A stretch of DNA of 64,000 nucleotides from Thermoanaerobaculia bacterium (GTDB lineage Bacteria; Acidobacteriota; Thermoanaerobaculia; UBA5066; DATFVB01). This document shows positions 8,155 to 17,474 of the stretch, piece after piece. The position numbers were made by a program, and so were the translations under genes. The notes beneath the pieces are model-generated. The model made no database searches and was not told where the DNA came from. It saw only the letters and a list, made by a program, of their open reading frames with translations. The stretch lies in NCBI GenBank assembly GCA_035717485.1, contig DASTIQ010000044.1, positions 3,791-67,790 of the forward strand. The letters run 5' to 3'. Position 1 is the stretch's first letter. Every line of letters starts with the position of its first letter.

Positions 8155-10817
8155 CGCTGGCCTCGGGGACCCGCCTCGGGCCCTACGAAATCCTGTCTCC
8201 GCTGGGCGCCGGGGGGATGGGGGAGGTGTACCGCGCCCGCGACACGCGTCTCGGGCGGGAGGTGGCGGTCAAGATACTTCCGGAGGATCTCGCGAACGAC
8301 GCGGAGAGGATTTCGCGTTTCGAGCGCGAAGCGCGGTCGGCTTCGGCACTGTCTCACGCGCACGTCGTTTCGGTATTCGACGTCGGCCGGGAGAAAGACC
8401 GCTTCTACATCGTCACGGAAGTCGTTGCGGGAGGGAGCCTCCGGGATCTCCTCGATCGCGGTCCGCTGCCGTTCCGGCGAGCGCTCGATCTCGCCGTTCA
8501 GATCGCTTCGGGGCTCGCGGAGGCCCACGAGAGCGGGATCGTGCATCGGGACCTGAAGCCCGAGAACATCCTGCTCACGAAGTCGGGCGATGCGAAGATC
8601 GCGGATTTCGGCCTGGCGAAGCTCGTGGAGACGGAAGGGGCGGACCTCTCTCAGCTTCCGACCTCGGACGGCCTGAAGACCTCCGACGGCCTGGTGATGG
8701 GGACGGTCGCGTACATGTCGCCGGAGCAGGCGAGCGGGCGTGCGGTGGATTTTCGGTCGGATCAATTCGCGTTCGGCTCGATTCTCTACGAGATGCTCGC
8801 CGGGAAGCCGCCTTTCCGGCGAGCGTCGCCCGGCGAGACGATGGCCGCGGTCATCCGCGACGAGCCCGATCCGCCGGGGGCCGGAGTTCCGCCGCAGCTC
8901 TTCTGGGTCGTCGAACGGTGCCTTTCCAAGGAGCCCGCCGACCGTTACGGGTCGACGCGGGACCTCGCGCGCGAGCTCGCGTTGCTGCGGCAGCATCTTT
9001 CCGAGGTCATGAGCGGCCCGGCCGCCGCCCCGGCACCAAGCCCGATTATCGGTCGACGACGCGACGTCATTCCCTGGGCGATTGCCGGCGTGCTGCTCCT
9101 CGGCGTCGTTGTGCTCGTCGCTCGCCGGGGATCTCACTCCCCGCCCGACGCCGGCCCGATCCGCTTCTCCGTTCCGCCCCCGGCAAACGGCGCCTTCTCG
9201 TTCTTCGTGGAGGACTCTTTTCTCGCCGTCTCCCCCGACGGGTCGCGGCTCGCGTACGTCGCGTCCGATCCGGAAGGCGGCCAGCGGATCTTTCTGCGGC
9301 GGCTGTCAGACGCCAACGCCCGGCCGATTCCGGGGACCGAAGCCGCCGACTCGCTGTTCTTTTCTCCCGATGGCCGTTCCATCGCTTTCTTCGCCGAAGC
9401 CAAGCTGAAGCGCGTCGAGCTCTCCGGGGGCGCGGCCGTCCCGATCTGCGACCTTCCGCTCATCGGCCGGTACTGGTCGGGGACCTGGGGCAGCGACGGC
9501 GACATCCTGTTTGCCGGAGTTACGAGGGGGCGAGGGATCTTCCACGTTTCGGCGTCGGGCGGCGCGCCAGCCAATTTGATTCCGGTCGATCTCTCGCGCG
9601 GCGAGGCACGCATCGGCTGGCCCTGGTTCCTGCCGGATGGAAGGCGGTTTCTCTACCTGCTCCGCTATGCCGATGGTCATGGGAGCCTCATGCTGGCGGA
9701 GCCGGGAAAAAAGCCGCGTCCCGTCATGCCGATGCTATCGGCCGTGCAGTACGTCGACCCCGGTTATCTGATCTTCGTGAAGGACGGAGCCCTTCTCGGA
9801 CAGCGCTTCGATTCGGAGAGCGGCCGGGTCACCGGCGAGCCCTTCTCGATCGCCGAGCAGGTTCGTTACTTCCTCACGACGGGGGGCGCCGCCTTCGCCG
9901 TTTCGCGGACCGGCACCCTCGCGTATCAGTCTCAGGGGGACGTGAGCCAACTGGCCTGGTTCGACCGAACCGGCCGGGAGTTGGGCTCTGTGGGTCCGCA
10001 CGGGAGGTACGTGACGGTCTCGATCTCTTCCGACGGCCGGCGGGCTCTCTTCGATCGGGCGAGGCCGGGGGTGGGAACGTGGGACGTCTGGTCACTGGAC
10101 CTCGAGCGTGGTACCGAGACTCCCGTCGTTGCCGCCCCGGAAACCGATGTCTTTCCCATCTGGTTGCCCGACGGAAAGAGCATCGCCTTTTCGGCCGACC
10201 GCGGCGAGGCGGCGACGCTCTTTCGAAAGGACCTCGCGACGGGGAGAGAAGAGAAGCTTGTAGCGAACGCTCCGAGCGAAGAATTCCAGATCGCGCAGGA
10301 CGTCTCGCCCGATGGCCGGTCTCTGGTCTACATGGAGGCGACCCAGCATGGTTGGTTCGATCTCTGGACGTACCCGCTCGACGGCGGCGGAAGGCCGGTC
10401 CCTCTCCTCAGGGCGCCATTCCCCAAGAGCGAAGCGCGCTTCTCGCCCGACGGCCGGTACGTCGCGATGATCACCGCCGAGTCAGGCCGACCGGACGTTT
10501 ACGTGACCCCTTATCCCGGGCCCGGAGAGAGAATCCGTGTCTCGACCGGAGGCGCGCGAGCTCTGCGCTGGAGTCGCGACGGAGAGCTTCTCTTCGTCTC
10601 GGGCGACGATCGCTTGATGTCGATACCGATTCGAACCGCTCCTTCCCTGCAGATCGGGACGCCGACGGAGCTCTTCGCCTTGAAAGGGAAATGGCCCTGG
10701 CTCGACTTCGACGTTTCCAAAGATGGAAAACGTTTTCTCGCCATCGTTCCCGAAGTCGTCGCCGACGAGCTCCCGCTGAACGTCGTCGTCAACTGGAAAC
10801 CGGGTGTGGCCGAATGA
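8151..10817 (+). CDS. Ser/Thr protein kinase with TM segment and C-terminal TolB-like (PD40) beta-propeller (paralog 3)
   Basis: GTG 8151 overlaps the kinase-2 stop (GTGA). Translation [31 protein letters not shown].... The C-terminal region has [10 protein letters not shown] / [10 protein letters not shown] / [10 protein letters not shown] repeats. Confidence 0.9.
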   Translation: [888 protein letters not shown]

Positions 10818-10900
10818 CACTTGCCACAGGTTCTCGACTCGGCCCATACGAGATCCTCGGACCGCATCCCGTCTCGATCGCGCCTCGGCGTGCCTCATGA
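10814..10900 (+). pseudogene. 28-codon relic of a kinase N-terminus ([28 protein letters not shown]); its ATG overlaps the kinase-3 stop (ATGA)
   Basis: The first 15 codons match the paralog N-termini, then the frame leaves the kinase sequence. Codon usage is lower-GC than the neighbours. Confidence 0.5.
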
Positions 10901-10980
10901 TCATCGCTGGCGAGGAGAACGGCGAACGCCGGATATCCTCGCCGCGATAAGATCCCGCGAAGCTTCGAAGGAGGTTGGAA

Positions 10981-12567
10981 GTGAAACGAGTCGCGGCGGC
11001 ATGTCTGGTGGCGGGCTTCCTGGGATTCGGCGCGAGCGCGCAGGAGAAGCCGGCGGAATCGCCGAAACGGGAGCCGGCTCGGAGCGAGCCGGGGCGCAGC
11101 GAGACGCCTCGGGACGAGACGCCGAAGCGGACCCCCACGGAACCGCCGAAGGCCGAGCAGTCCGTCACCTCGCATTCGATCGTGATCGGCGGGGCGACCG
11201 TCGCTTACACCGCCACCGCGGGAACCTTCGTCGTTCGAAACGAGAAAGAGGAGCCCGTGGCGAACGTCGGATACACCGCCTATGTCCGGCGCGGCGGCGA
11301 TCCCTCGTCGCGCCCCATCACGTTCGCCTACAACGGCGGTCCGGGCTCCTCCTCGGTGTGGCTGCACATGGGAGCGCTCGGTCCGCGCCGCGTCGTCGTG
11401 ACGGACGCGGGCTTCACCCCGCCCCCCCCGTATCGCGTCGTCGACAACGCGGAGAGCATCATCGACCGGAGCGATCTCGTGATGATCGATCCCGTCGGGA
11501 CCGGTCTCTCGCGGGCGGCGGGAGAGGCGAAGGACAAGGATTTCTGGGGAACCGACCCCGACATCGAATCGGTCTCGAACTTCATCAAGGAGTGGGTGAC
11601 CGAGAACGGCCGATGGAACTCCCCGAAGTACCTCCTCGGCGAGAGCTACGGCACGACCCGCTCGGCGGGAATCGTCGACCGGCTCCAGAGCCAGGGAATG
11701 GCGTTCAACGGCGTGATTCTCGTCTCGGTGGCGCTCGATCTGGAAGCGATCTTCAACGCGCCGGGGAACGACCGGCCCTATCCGCTCTTCCTTCCGACGT
11801 ACGCCGCGGTCTCCTGGTACCACAAGGCGCTCCCCAACCGGCCGGCGAAGCTCGAGCCGTTCCTCGACGAGGTGCGCGCCTGGGCCACCGGCCCGTATGC
11901 CGCCGCGCTGATGAAAGGCGACACGATCGGAGACGCCGAGCGCGACGCCGTCGCCCGCAAGCTCCACGAATACACGGGACTCCCGGAGGATTACGTCAAG
12001 CGGTCGAACCTCCGGATCGACGAGGCGGCCTTCACGCAGGAGCTGCTCCGGGATCGGGGGGAGACCGTCGGCCGTCTGGACGCGCGCTTCACCGGCCCCA
12101 CCCTCGACGCGATCGGCCGAGACGCCGAGTACGATCCGCAGAGCGCGGCGATCACCGCGGCCTATACCGCGGCCTTCCTCGACTACTACCACCGGGATCT
12201 CGCCTTCGGAAAGGGAAAGACCTACATCATCACCAACTACGGGCTCTTCCCGCAGTGGGATTTCAAGCACAAGGCGCCCGGTGCGCGTTTCCCGTCCCCC
12301 TTCACGAATACCGGCCTCGACCTCGCGCATGCGCTGACCGTCAATCCGAACCTGCGCGTGCTCGTGCTGAACGGGTACTTCGATCTCGCGACGCCGTTCC
12401 TCGCGACCGAGGAGATGATGTCCCACCTCCTGCTCGCCAAGGACCTGCGGCCGCACGTGGAAATGAAGTACTACGCCGCGGGCCACATGATGTACGTCAA
12501 CGAGGACGCGCTCAAGGCGATGAAGACCGACGTCGCGGCGTTCATGGATCGAACGAGCCGGCGCTAG
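10981..12567 (+). CDS. secreted peptidase S10 family serine carboxypeptidase-like protein
   Basis: GGAGG at 10969-10973 precedes GTG 10981 (alternative start TTG 10975). Signal-peptide-like N-terminus and the LLGESYGT active-site serine context. About 530 aa. Confidence 0.65.
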   Translation: MKRVAAACLVAGFLGFGASAQEKPAESPKREPARSEPGRSETPRDETPKRTPTEPPKAEQSVTSHSIVIGGATVAYTATAGTFVVRNEKEEPVANVGYTAYVRRGGDPSSRPITFAYNGGPGSSSVWLHMGALGPRRVVVTDAGFTPPPPYRVVDNAESIIDRSDLVMIDPVGTGLSRAAGEAKDKDFWGTDPDIESVSNFIKEWVTENGRWNSPKYLLGESYGTTRSAGIVDRLQSQGMAFNGVILVSVALDLEAIFNAPGNDRPYPLFLPTYAAVSWYHKALPNRPAKLEPFLDEVRAWATGPYAAALMKGDTIGDAERDAVARKLHEYTGLPEDYVKRSNLRIDEAAFTQELLRDRGETVGRLDARFTGPTLDAIGRDAEYDPQSAAITAAYTAAFLDYYHRDLAFGKGKTYIITNYGLFPQWDFKHKAPGARFPSPFTNTGLDLAHALTVNPNLRVLVLNGYFDLATPFLATEEMMSHLLLAKDLRPHVEMKYYAAGHMMYVNEDALKAMKTDVAAFMDRTSRR

Positions 12568-12592
12568 GAGTCGTCCGGCCGGCGTCGGCTAT

Positions 12593-12610
12593 CATCGGGT
12601 CGACCCGATG
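12593..12610. promoter_or_regulatory. perfect 18-bp palindrome CATCGGGTCGACCCGATG between the peptidase stop and the leader-B start codon
   Basis: Identical to its own reverse complement. The right arm contains ATG 12608 of leader ORF B. Could act as a terminator or operator. Confidence 0.35.
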
Positions 12611-12781
12611 AATCTGGCCACGGGAACCCGTCTCCGCCCCGGCGATCCGCCCTCGCTCGCGACGGCGAGCCGTCAGGCGCGCCGAAGCGCCGGCGAGGGC
12701 GGGTACGGCGCGACGCGCCCGCCTTCGCCCCGCCTTCGCCAAGGCTTCGGAGGGCGACGGCGGACTTCGGGTGGGCGATGA
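12608..12781 (+). other. 57-codon leader ORF (MNLATGTRLRPGDPPSLATASRQARRSAGEGGYGATRPPSPRLRQGFGGRRRTSGGR), homologous to leader A; its TGA overlaps the kinase-4 ATG
   Basis: Shares M.L.TGTRL.PGDPPSL and GEGG[FY]GAT with leader A. Contains GGCGAGGGCGG (12692-12702), tandem CCGCCTTCGCC x2 (12719-12740) and GGCGACGGCGG (12753-12763), which could form alternative hairpins. Confidence 0.4.
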
Positions 12782-15477
12782 GTCTCGCCGCCGGAACCCG
12801 CCTCGGTCCTTACGAAATCGTTTCCGCCCTGGGCGCCGGCGGCATGGGAGAGGTGTACCGGGCCCGCGATACCCGCCTTGGCCGCGACGTCGCGATCAAG
12901 GTCCTCCCCGAAGCGCTCGCCGACGACCCGGAGCGCGTCGCGCGTTTCGAAAGGGAGGCGCGCTCGGCCTCCGCCCTTTCGCACGCGCACGCGGTGTCGG
13001 TCTTCGACGTCGGAAGGATCGGCGACCGCCTCTATCTCGTCACCGAGATCGTCGAGGGGGGCAGTCTTCGGGACGCGATCGACCGGGGTCCCGTTCCGCT
13101 CCGCCGGGCGATCGACCTGGCCGCGCAGATCGCGTCCGGGCTCGCCGCGGCGCACGAGAGCGGGGTCGTCCACCGGGACCTCAAGCCCGAGAACGTGCTC
13201 ATCGCGCGGACCGGCGAGGCGAAGATCGCCGACTTCGGGCTCGCGAAGCTGACCGAAACGGCGGGCGACTCCGACTCGCACCTGCCGACGTCGGACGGCT
13301 TGAGCACGTCGGCCGGGCTCGTGATGGGAACGGTGGCGTACATGTCTCCGGAGCAGGCCAGCGGAAGGAAGGTCGACTTCCGTTCCGACCAGTTCGCCTT
13401 CGGCGCGATCGTCTGGGAAATGCTCACGGGGCGGCCCTGCTTCCGGCGCGCTTCGGCGGCCGAGACGCTGTCGGCGATCATGCGCGACGAGCCGGAGCCG
13501 GTGCGCGGCGTGAACTCCGCCGTTCCGCCGCCCCTCGCGTGGATCATCGACCGATGCCTCGCGAAGGAGCCGACGGGGCGCTACGCGTCGACCCGGGATC
13601 TCGCCAGCGAGATCGTGACCGTGAGAGACCACCTCTCGGACCTCTCCGCGGGCTCCGGGGCCGCCGCGATCCGGGAGGGGCCGGGGAGCCGCCGGAAACT
13701 TCGCGCCGGGGCAATCGCGGCGGGCGCGGCGCTCCTCGGGGCGGCCGCGGTGCTCGGAGTACGCTTCGGCCGGCGTCCGGCTTCGCCGGCCCTCCCGGCG
13801 GTGCGGTTCTCGCTCCCACCCCCCTTGCCTTCGCTCTTCTACTCGAGGTTCGACGCGATCGCGCTCGCGATGTCGCCCGACGGCACGCGACTCGCGTTCA
13901 TCGGCGACCGGACCGCCTCCGCGCGGGAGGTCGCTCCGGCGGCCGAGCTGTCGACGCAGATCTACCTGCGGTCGCTCTCGGATCTCGACCCGAAGCCGGT
14001 GCCCGGGACGGACCGCGCGACCTCCATTTTCTGGTCGCCGGACGGGCGCGCAATCGGATTCTTCGCCGAGGGACAACTGAAACGAGAAGAGCTCGGCGGG
14101 GAATCGCCGGTGACCGTCTGCGCGCTCCCGCCCGGCAGGCTGATCACGGGGACGTGGGGAGCCGGCACGATCCTCTTCGGCTCGACTTTCGAGGGGATCA
14201 TCTACCGCGTGCCCTCCGACGGCGGCGCGCCGGCGGTCATCGTCCGCCCCGACCCGGCGCGCGGCGAGACCCGCATGATGTGGCCGCATTTCCTTCCCGA
14301 CGGCCGGTCGTTTCTCTATCTCGCCGTGCACCGCAACAGCGCGGGGACCCTGATGCTCGGCTCGATCGACGGCAAACCGCCTCGCGCCGTCGGCGAGATG
14401 GCGTCCCGCGTCGAATGGACCGCGCCCGGAGATCTCGTCTTCGCCGCGGACGGGGCGTTGTTCGCCCGGCCGTTCGACGCGAAGGCGGCTCGGTTCACCG
14501 GACCGCCCCGGCCGCTCGCGCCGTCGGTTTATTCCTTTTTCACGAGCAAGTGGGCCGGATTCACGGCCTCGAAGAACGGAAGTTTCGCGTACCAGCCCCG
14601 GGGAAACGTGAATCGCCTCACGTGGTTCGACCGCGCCGGCCGGAACGTGGGAGAGATCGGCTCGTCCGCGGCCGGGGAGATAATCGACGTCGCGATCTCG
14701 CCGGACGGACGGCGTGCCGCATTCGACCGGAGCGGGCTCAGTCTCGGGACGTACGACGTCTGGCAGATCGACCTCGAGCGCAGCGCGGAGACGCGCGTGA
14801 CGTCGGACCCGAACACGGAGTTCGATCCCGTGTGGCTGCCGGACCAGTCGCATCTGGTCTATTCGGTCGTCCGCGACTACCTGCCGCAGCTCGTCCGGCG
14901 CGACCTCGCCGGCGGACCCGAGGAGCCGCTGCTCCCTCCCGGGACTTTCCAGGAGGCCCTGGACGTGTCGCGCGACGGCCGTCTCCTCTTCTCGCAGAGC
15001 GATGCGAAGGGCGTGTTCGGCATCTGGATGCTCCCGCCCGGGCTCGCAGCGACGCCCTCTCCGATCGTCGTTTCGCGTTACCAGGCGGAGATCGGCCGTT
15101 TCTCGCCGGACGGCCGGTTCCTCGCCTTCCTCTCGAACGAATCGGGCGCGGGGGACGCCGCTTACGTTCAGCCGCTCGGCGCGCCCGGCGAGAAGGTCCG
15201 TGTCTCGCCGGGGGCGGCGATGCTCCTCCGCTGGAGCCGCGACGGGAAGGAGATCTTCTACACGACGCCCGACGGCCATCTCGTCGCGGTTCCGGTCGAG
15301 ACGTCGCCGGCCCTCCGCGTGGGGGACCCCGCGACGCTCTTCGCGCTTCCGGCGAAAGGCTGGCGCGCCTTCGACGTGTCGCCGGACGGCCGGTTCCTCG
15401 CCGCGGTGCCGACCGTGAGCTATGCCACGGAGCCGATCTCCGTGGTGGTCAGCGGTACCGGCTCACTGCCGGAATAG
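12778..15477 (+). CDS. Ser/Thr protein kinase with TM segment and C-terminal TolB-like beta-propeller (paralog 4)
   Basis: [31 protein letters not shown]..., [17 protein letters not shown]. The C-terminal region has SPDGR repeats. Confidence 0.9.
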   Translation: [899 protein letters not shown]

Positions 15478-15491
15478 GGAGCGGCCGCTCC
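15478..15491. terminator. GGAGCGGCCGCTCC palindrome between the convergent kinase-4 and ispG 3-prime ends
   Basis: 14-nt self-complementary sequence with no U-tract. Weak terminator candidate. Confidence 0.2.
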
Positions 15492-15494
15492 GGG

Positions 15495-16742
15495 TCACCG
15501 CGCGGCCGGCGCAGGCGCGGCCTTCCGCGGGTACTTCGTCTCGACGTATTCCTCGACGAGGCGCCGGAAGCCCTCGGAGAGCTCGTCGTAGTTTCCCTTC
15601 AGCGTCGTGAAGTGCTTCCCGTCGATGTAGACGGGGCAGTGGGGCTCTTCGCCCGTTCCCGGAAGGGAGATGCCGATGTTGGCGGCCTTCGACTCGCCGG
15701 GACCGTTGACGATGCACCCCATCACCGCGAGCGTCATCGCCTCCACTCCCTCGAACTCGCGCTTCCATTCCGGCATCCGATCGCGGACGTAGCCCTGGAT
15801 CCGCTCGGCGAGCTCCTGGAACGTGGTCGACGTGGTGCGCCCGCAGCCGGGGCACGCCGTCACCGACGGGGAGAAGGATCGGATTCCGAGCGCCTGCAGC
15901 AGCTCGCAGGCGGCGTAGACCTCTTCGCGGCGGTCGCCTCCCGGGCGCGGCGTGAGCGAGACGCGGATCGTGTCGCCGATCCCCTCCGCCAGGAGAACGC
16001 CCATCGCGGAGGCGGACCAGACCAGCCCCTTCGTCCCCATCCCGGCTTCCGTCAACCCGAGATGCAGCGGCTGGTCGGTACGGCGCGAGAGCTCCCGGTA
16101 GACCGCGATCAGATCGAGAGGGCGCGAAACCTTGCAGGAGACGATGATGCGGTCGGCGCCGAGGCCCGAAGCCTGAGCGAGCTCGGTCGACTGGAGCGCC
16201 GACAGCACCATGCACTCGTTGACGATCTCCTCCGAGGTCCTGCCGAGATCGCGGTCGGTGTTCTCCTGCATCTTCGCCATGACGAGCTCCTGGTTCAGGG
16301 AGCCGCCGTTGACGCCGATCCGCACGGGCTTGCCGTTGTCGGCGGCGATGCGGCAGATCGTCGCGAACTGCTCGTCGCGTCGCTCGCCCTTGCCGACGTT
16401 CCCCGGGTTGATCCGGTACTTGTCGAGGGCCCGCGCCATCTCCGGGTATTTCGTCAGAAGAACGTGGCCGTTGTAGTGGAAGTCGCCGATCAGGGGAGCT
16501 TCGCACCCGGCATCGAGCATCCGTCGCTTGATCTCGGGGACCGCGGCGGCGGCCTCCGGGACGTTGACGGTCACCCGGACCATCTCCGAGCCCGCCTGCG
16601 CGAGCTCGATGCACTGCCTTGCCGTGCCGGCGGCGTCGGCCGTGTCGGTGTTCGTCATCGACTGGACGACGACGGGCGCGCCTCCGCCCACGAGGACGTT
16701 CCCGACCTTCACTCCGACCGTTCGGCGGCGGCTTGCCGGCAT
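15495..16742 (-). CDS. ispG: 4-hydroxy-3-methylbut-2-enyl diphosphate synthase (IspG/GcpE)
   Basis: 415 aa with the characteristic MEP-pathway IspG sequence (VGNVLVGGGAPVVVQSMTNT..., C-terminal CPGCGRT...GC cluster motif). Confidence 0.9.
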   Translation of the reverse strand: MPASRRRTVGVKVGNVLVGGGAPVVVQSMTNTDTADAAGTARQCIELAQAGSEMVRVTVNVPEAAAAVPEIKRRMLDAGCEAPLIGDFHYNGHVLLTKYPEMARALDKYRINPGNVGKGERRDEQFATICRIAADNGKPVRIGVNGGSLNQELVMAKMQENTDRDLGRTSEEIVNECMVLSALQSTELAQASGLGADRIIVSCKVSRPLDLIAVYRELSRRTDQPLHLGLTEAGMGTKGLVWSASAMGVLLAEGIGDTIRVSLTPRPGGDRREEVYAACELLQALGIRSFSPSVTACPGCGRTTSTTFQELAERIQGYVRDRMPEWKREFEGVEAMTLAVMGCIVNGPGESKAANIGISLPGTGEEPHCPVYIDGKHFTTLKGNYDELSEGFRRLVEEYVETKYPRKAAPAPAAR

Positions 16743-16855
16743 CCGGTCAGTCTACCAAACCCGTTCTCTTGCGCGGGTTCCCGCTCCTCGCGTAGAATCC
16801 GCCCTCGAAAAATCCGGTTCAGAATCGACGCCAGACCCGCATCGAGAGGAGCATC

Positions 16856-17446
16856 ATGAAGGAACGCCTCGCCCGCCTGGCCCGTCCCGTTCTCGTCGTC
16901 GCCGCCGTCGCGGCGGTCTTCTCGTCCGCGCTCCTCCGCGCGGCCGCGATCAGCGCCGATCTCTCGGTCGTCAAGACCCGAACGACTCCCGCGCCGGCGC
17001 ATCCCGGCGACGTGATCGGCTACGACATCGCGGTGACGAACAACGGCATCGACGCGGCGACGAACGTCGTGGTCACCGACGTCGTGCCGGCCAACACGAC
17101 GTTCGACGAGGGAGGAATCGTGACGGCCCCAGGCTGGAACTGCACGCTTCCCCCCGTCGGAGGGACCGGAACGATGACGTGCACGATCGCCTCGTTCGCC
17201 TCGGGCGCCTCCGCAGATTTCTATCTCGAGGCGGACGTCGACGTCGGATCGAAGGTCGTCGAGGTCGACAACACGGCGGCCGTTTCCTCCGACACGCCGG
17301 ATCCCGACACGACGAACAACAGCTCGACCGTTTCCACCGAGGTGAATGCGCCGGTCGTGCCGGCCGTGCCGACGCTCACGGGGGCCGCGCTCGCCGGCCT
17401 GGCTGCCGCCGTGGCCTTCGCCGGCCTCTTGCTGCTCCGCCGGTAG
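16856..17446 (+). CDS. DUF11-like repeat surface protein with a C-terminal hydrophobic/basic sorting-signal-like tail
   Basis: Signal peptide, DLSVVKT...PGDVIGYDIAVTNNG DUF11-type fold signature. Tail is VPAVPTLTGAALAGLAAAVAFAGLLLLRR. Confidence 0.55.
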   Translation: MKERLARLARPVLVVAAVAAVFSSALLRAAAISADLSVVKTRTTPAPAHPGDVIGYDIAVTNNGIDAATNVVVTDVVPANTTFDEGGIVTAPGWNCTLPPVGGTGTMTCTIASFASGASADFYLEADVDVGSKVVEVDNTAAVSSDTPDPDTTNNSSTVSTEVNAPVVPAVPTLTGAALAGLAAAVAFAGLLLLRR

Positions 17447-17474
17447 AGCGGGGGCCCGCGGCCGGTGCTGCCTT

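Noticed and set aside
8060-10900. 946-aa plus-strand ORF
   Set aside because: Out-of-frame shadow of kinase 3. Only its last 28 codons, the kinase relic, are meaningful.
15478-15491. GGAGCGGCCGCTCC as an intrinsic terminator
   Set aside because: Kept only as a low-confidence feature. No T-tract, and a GC palindrome of this size is expected by chance in 70% GC DNA.
12673-16859. ORFs 12673..15279 (minus, 868 aa) and 12771..16859 (plus, 1362 aa)
   Set aside because: Shadow frames over kinase 4 and ispG.
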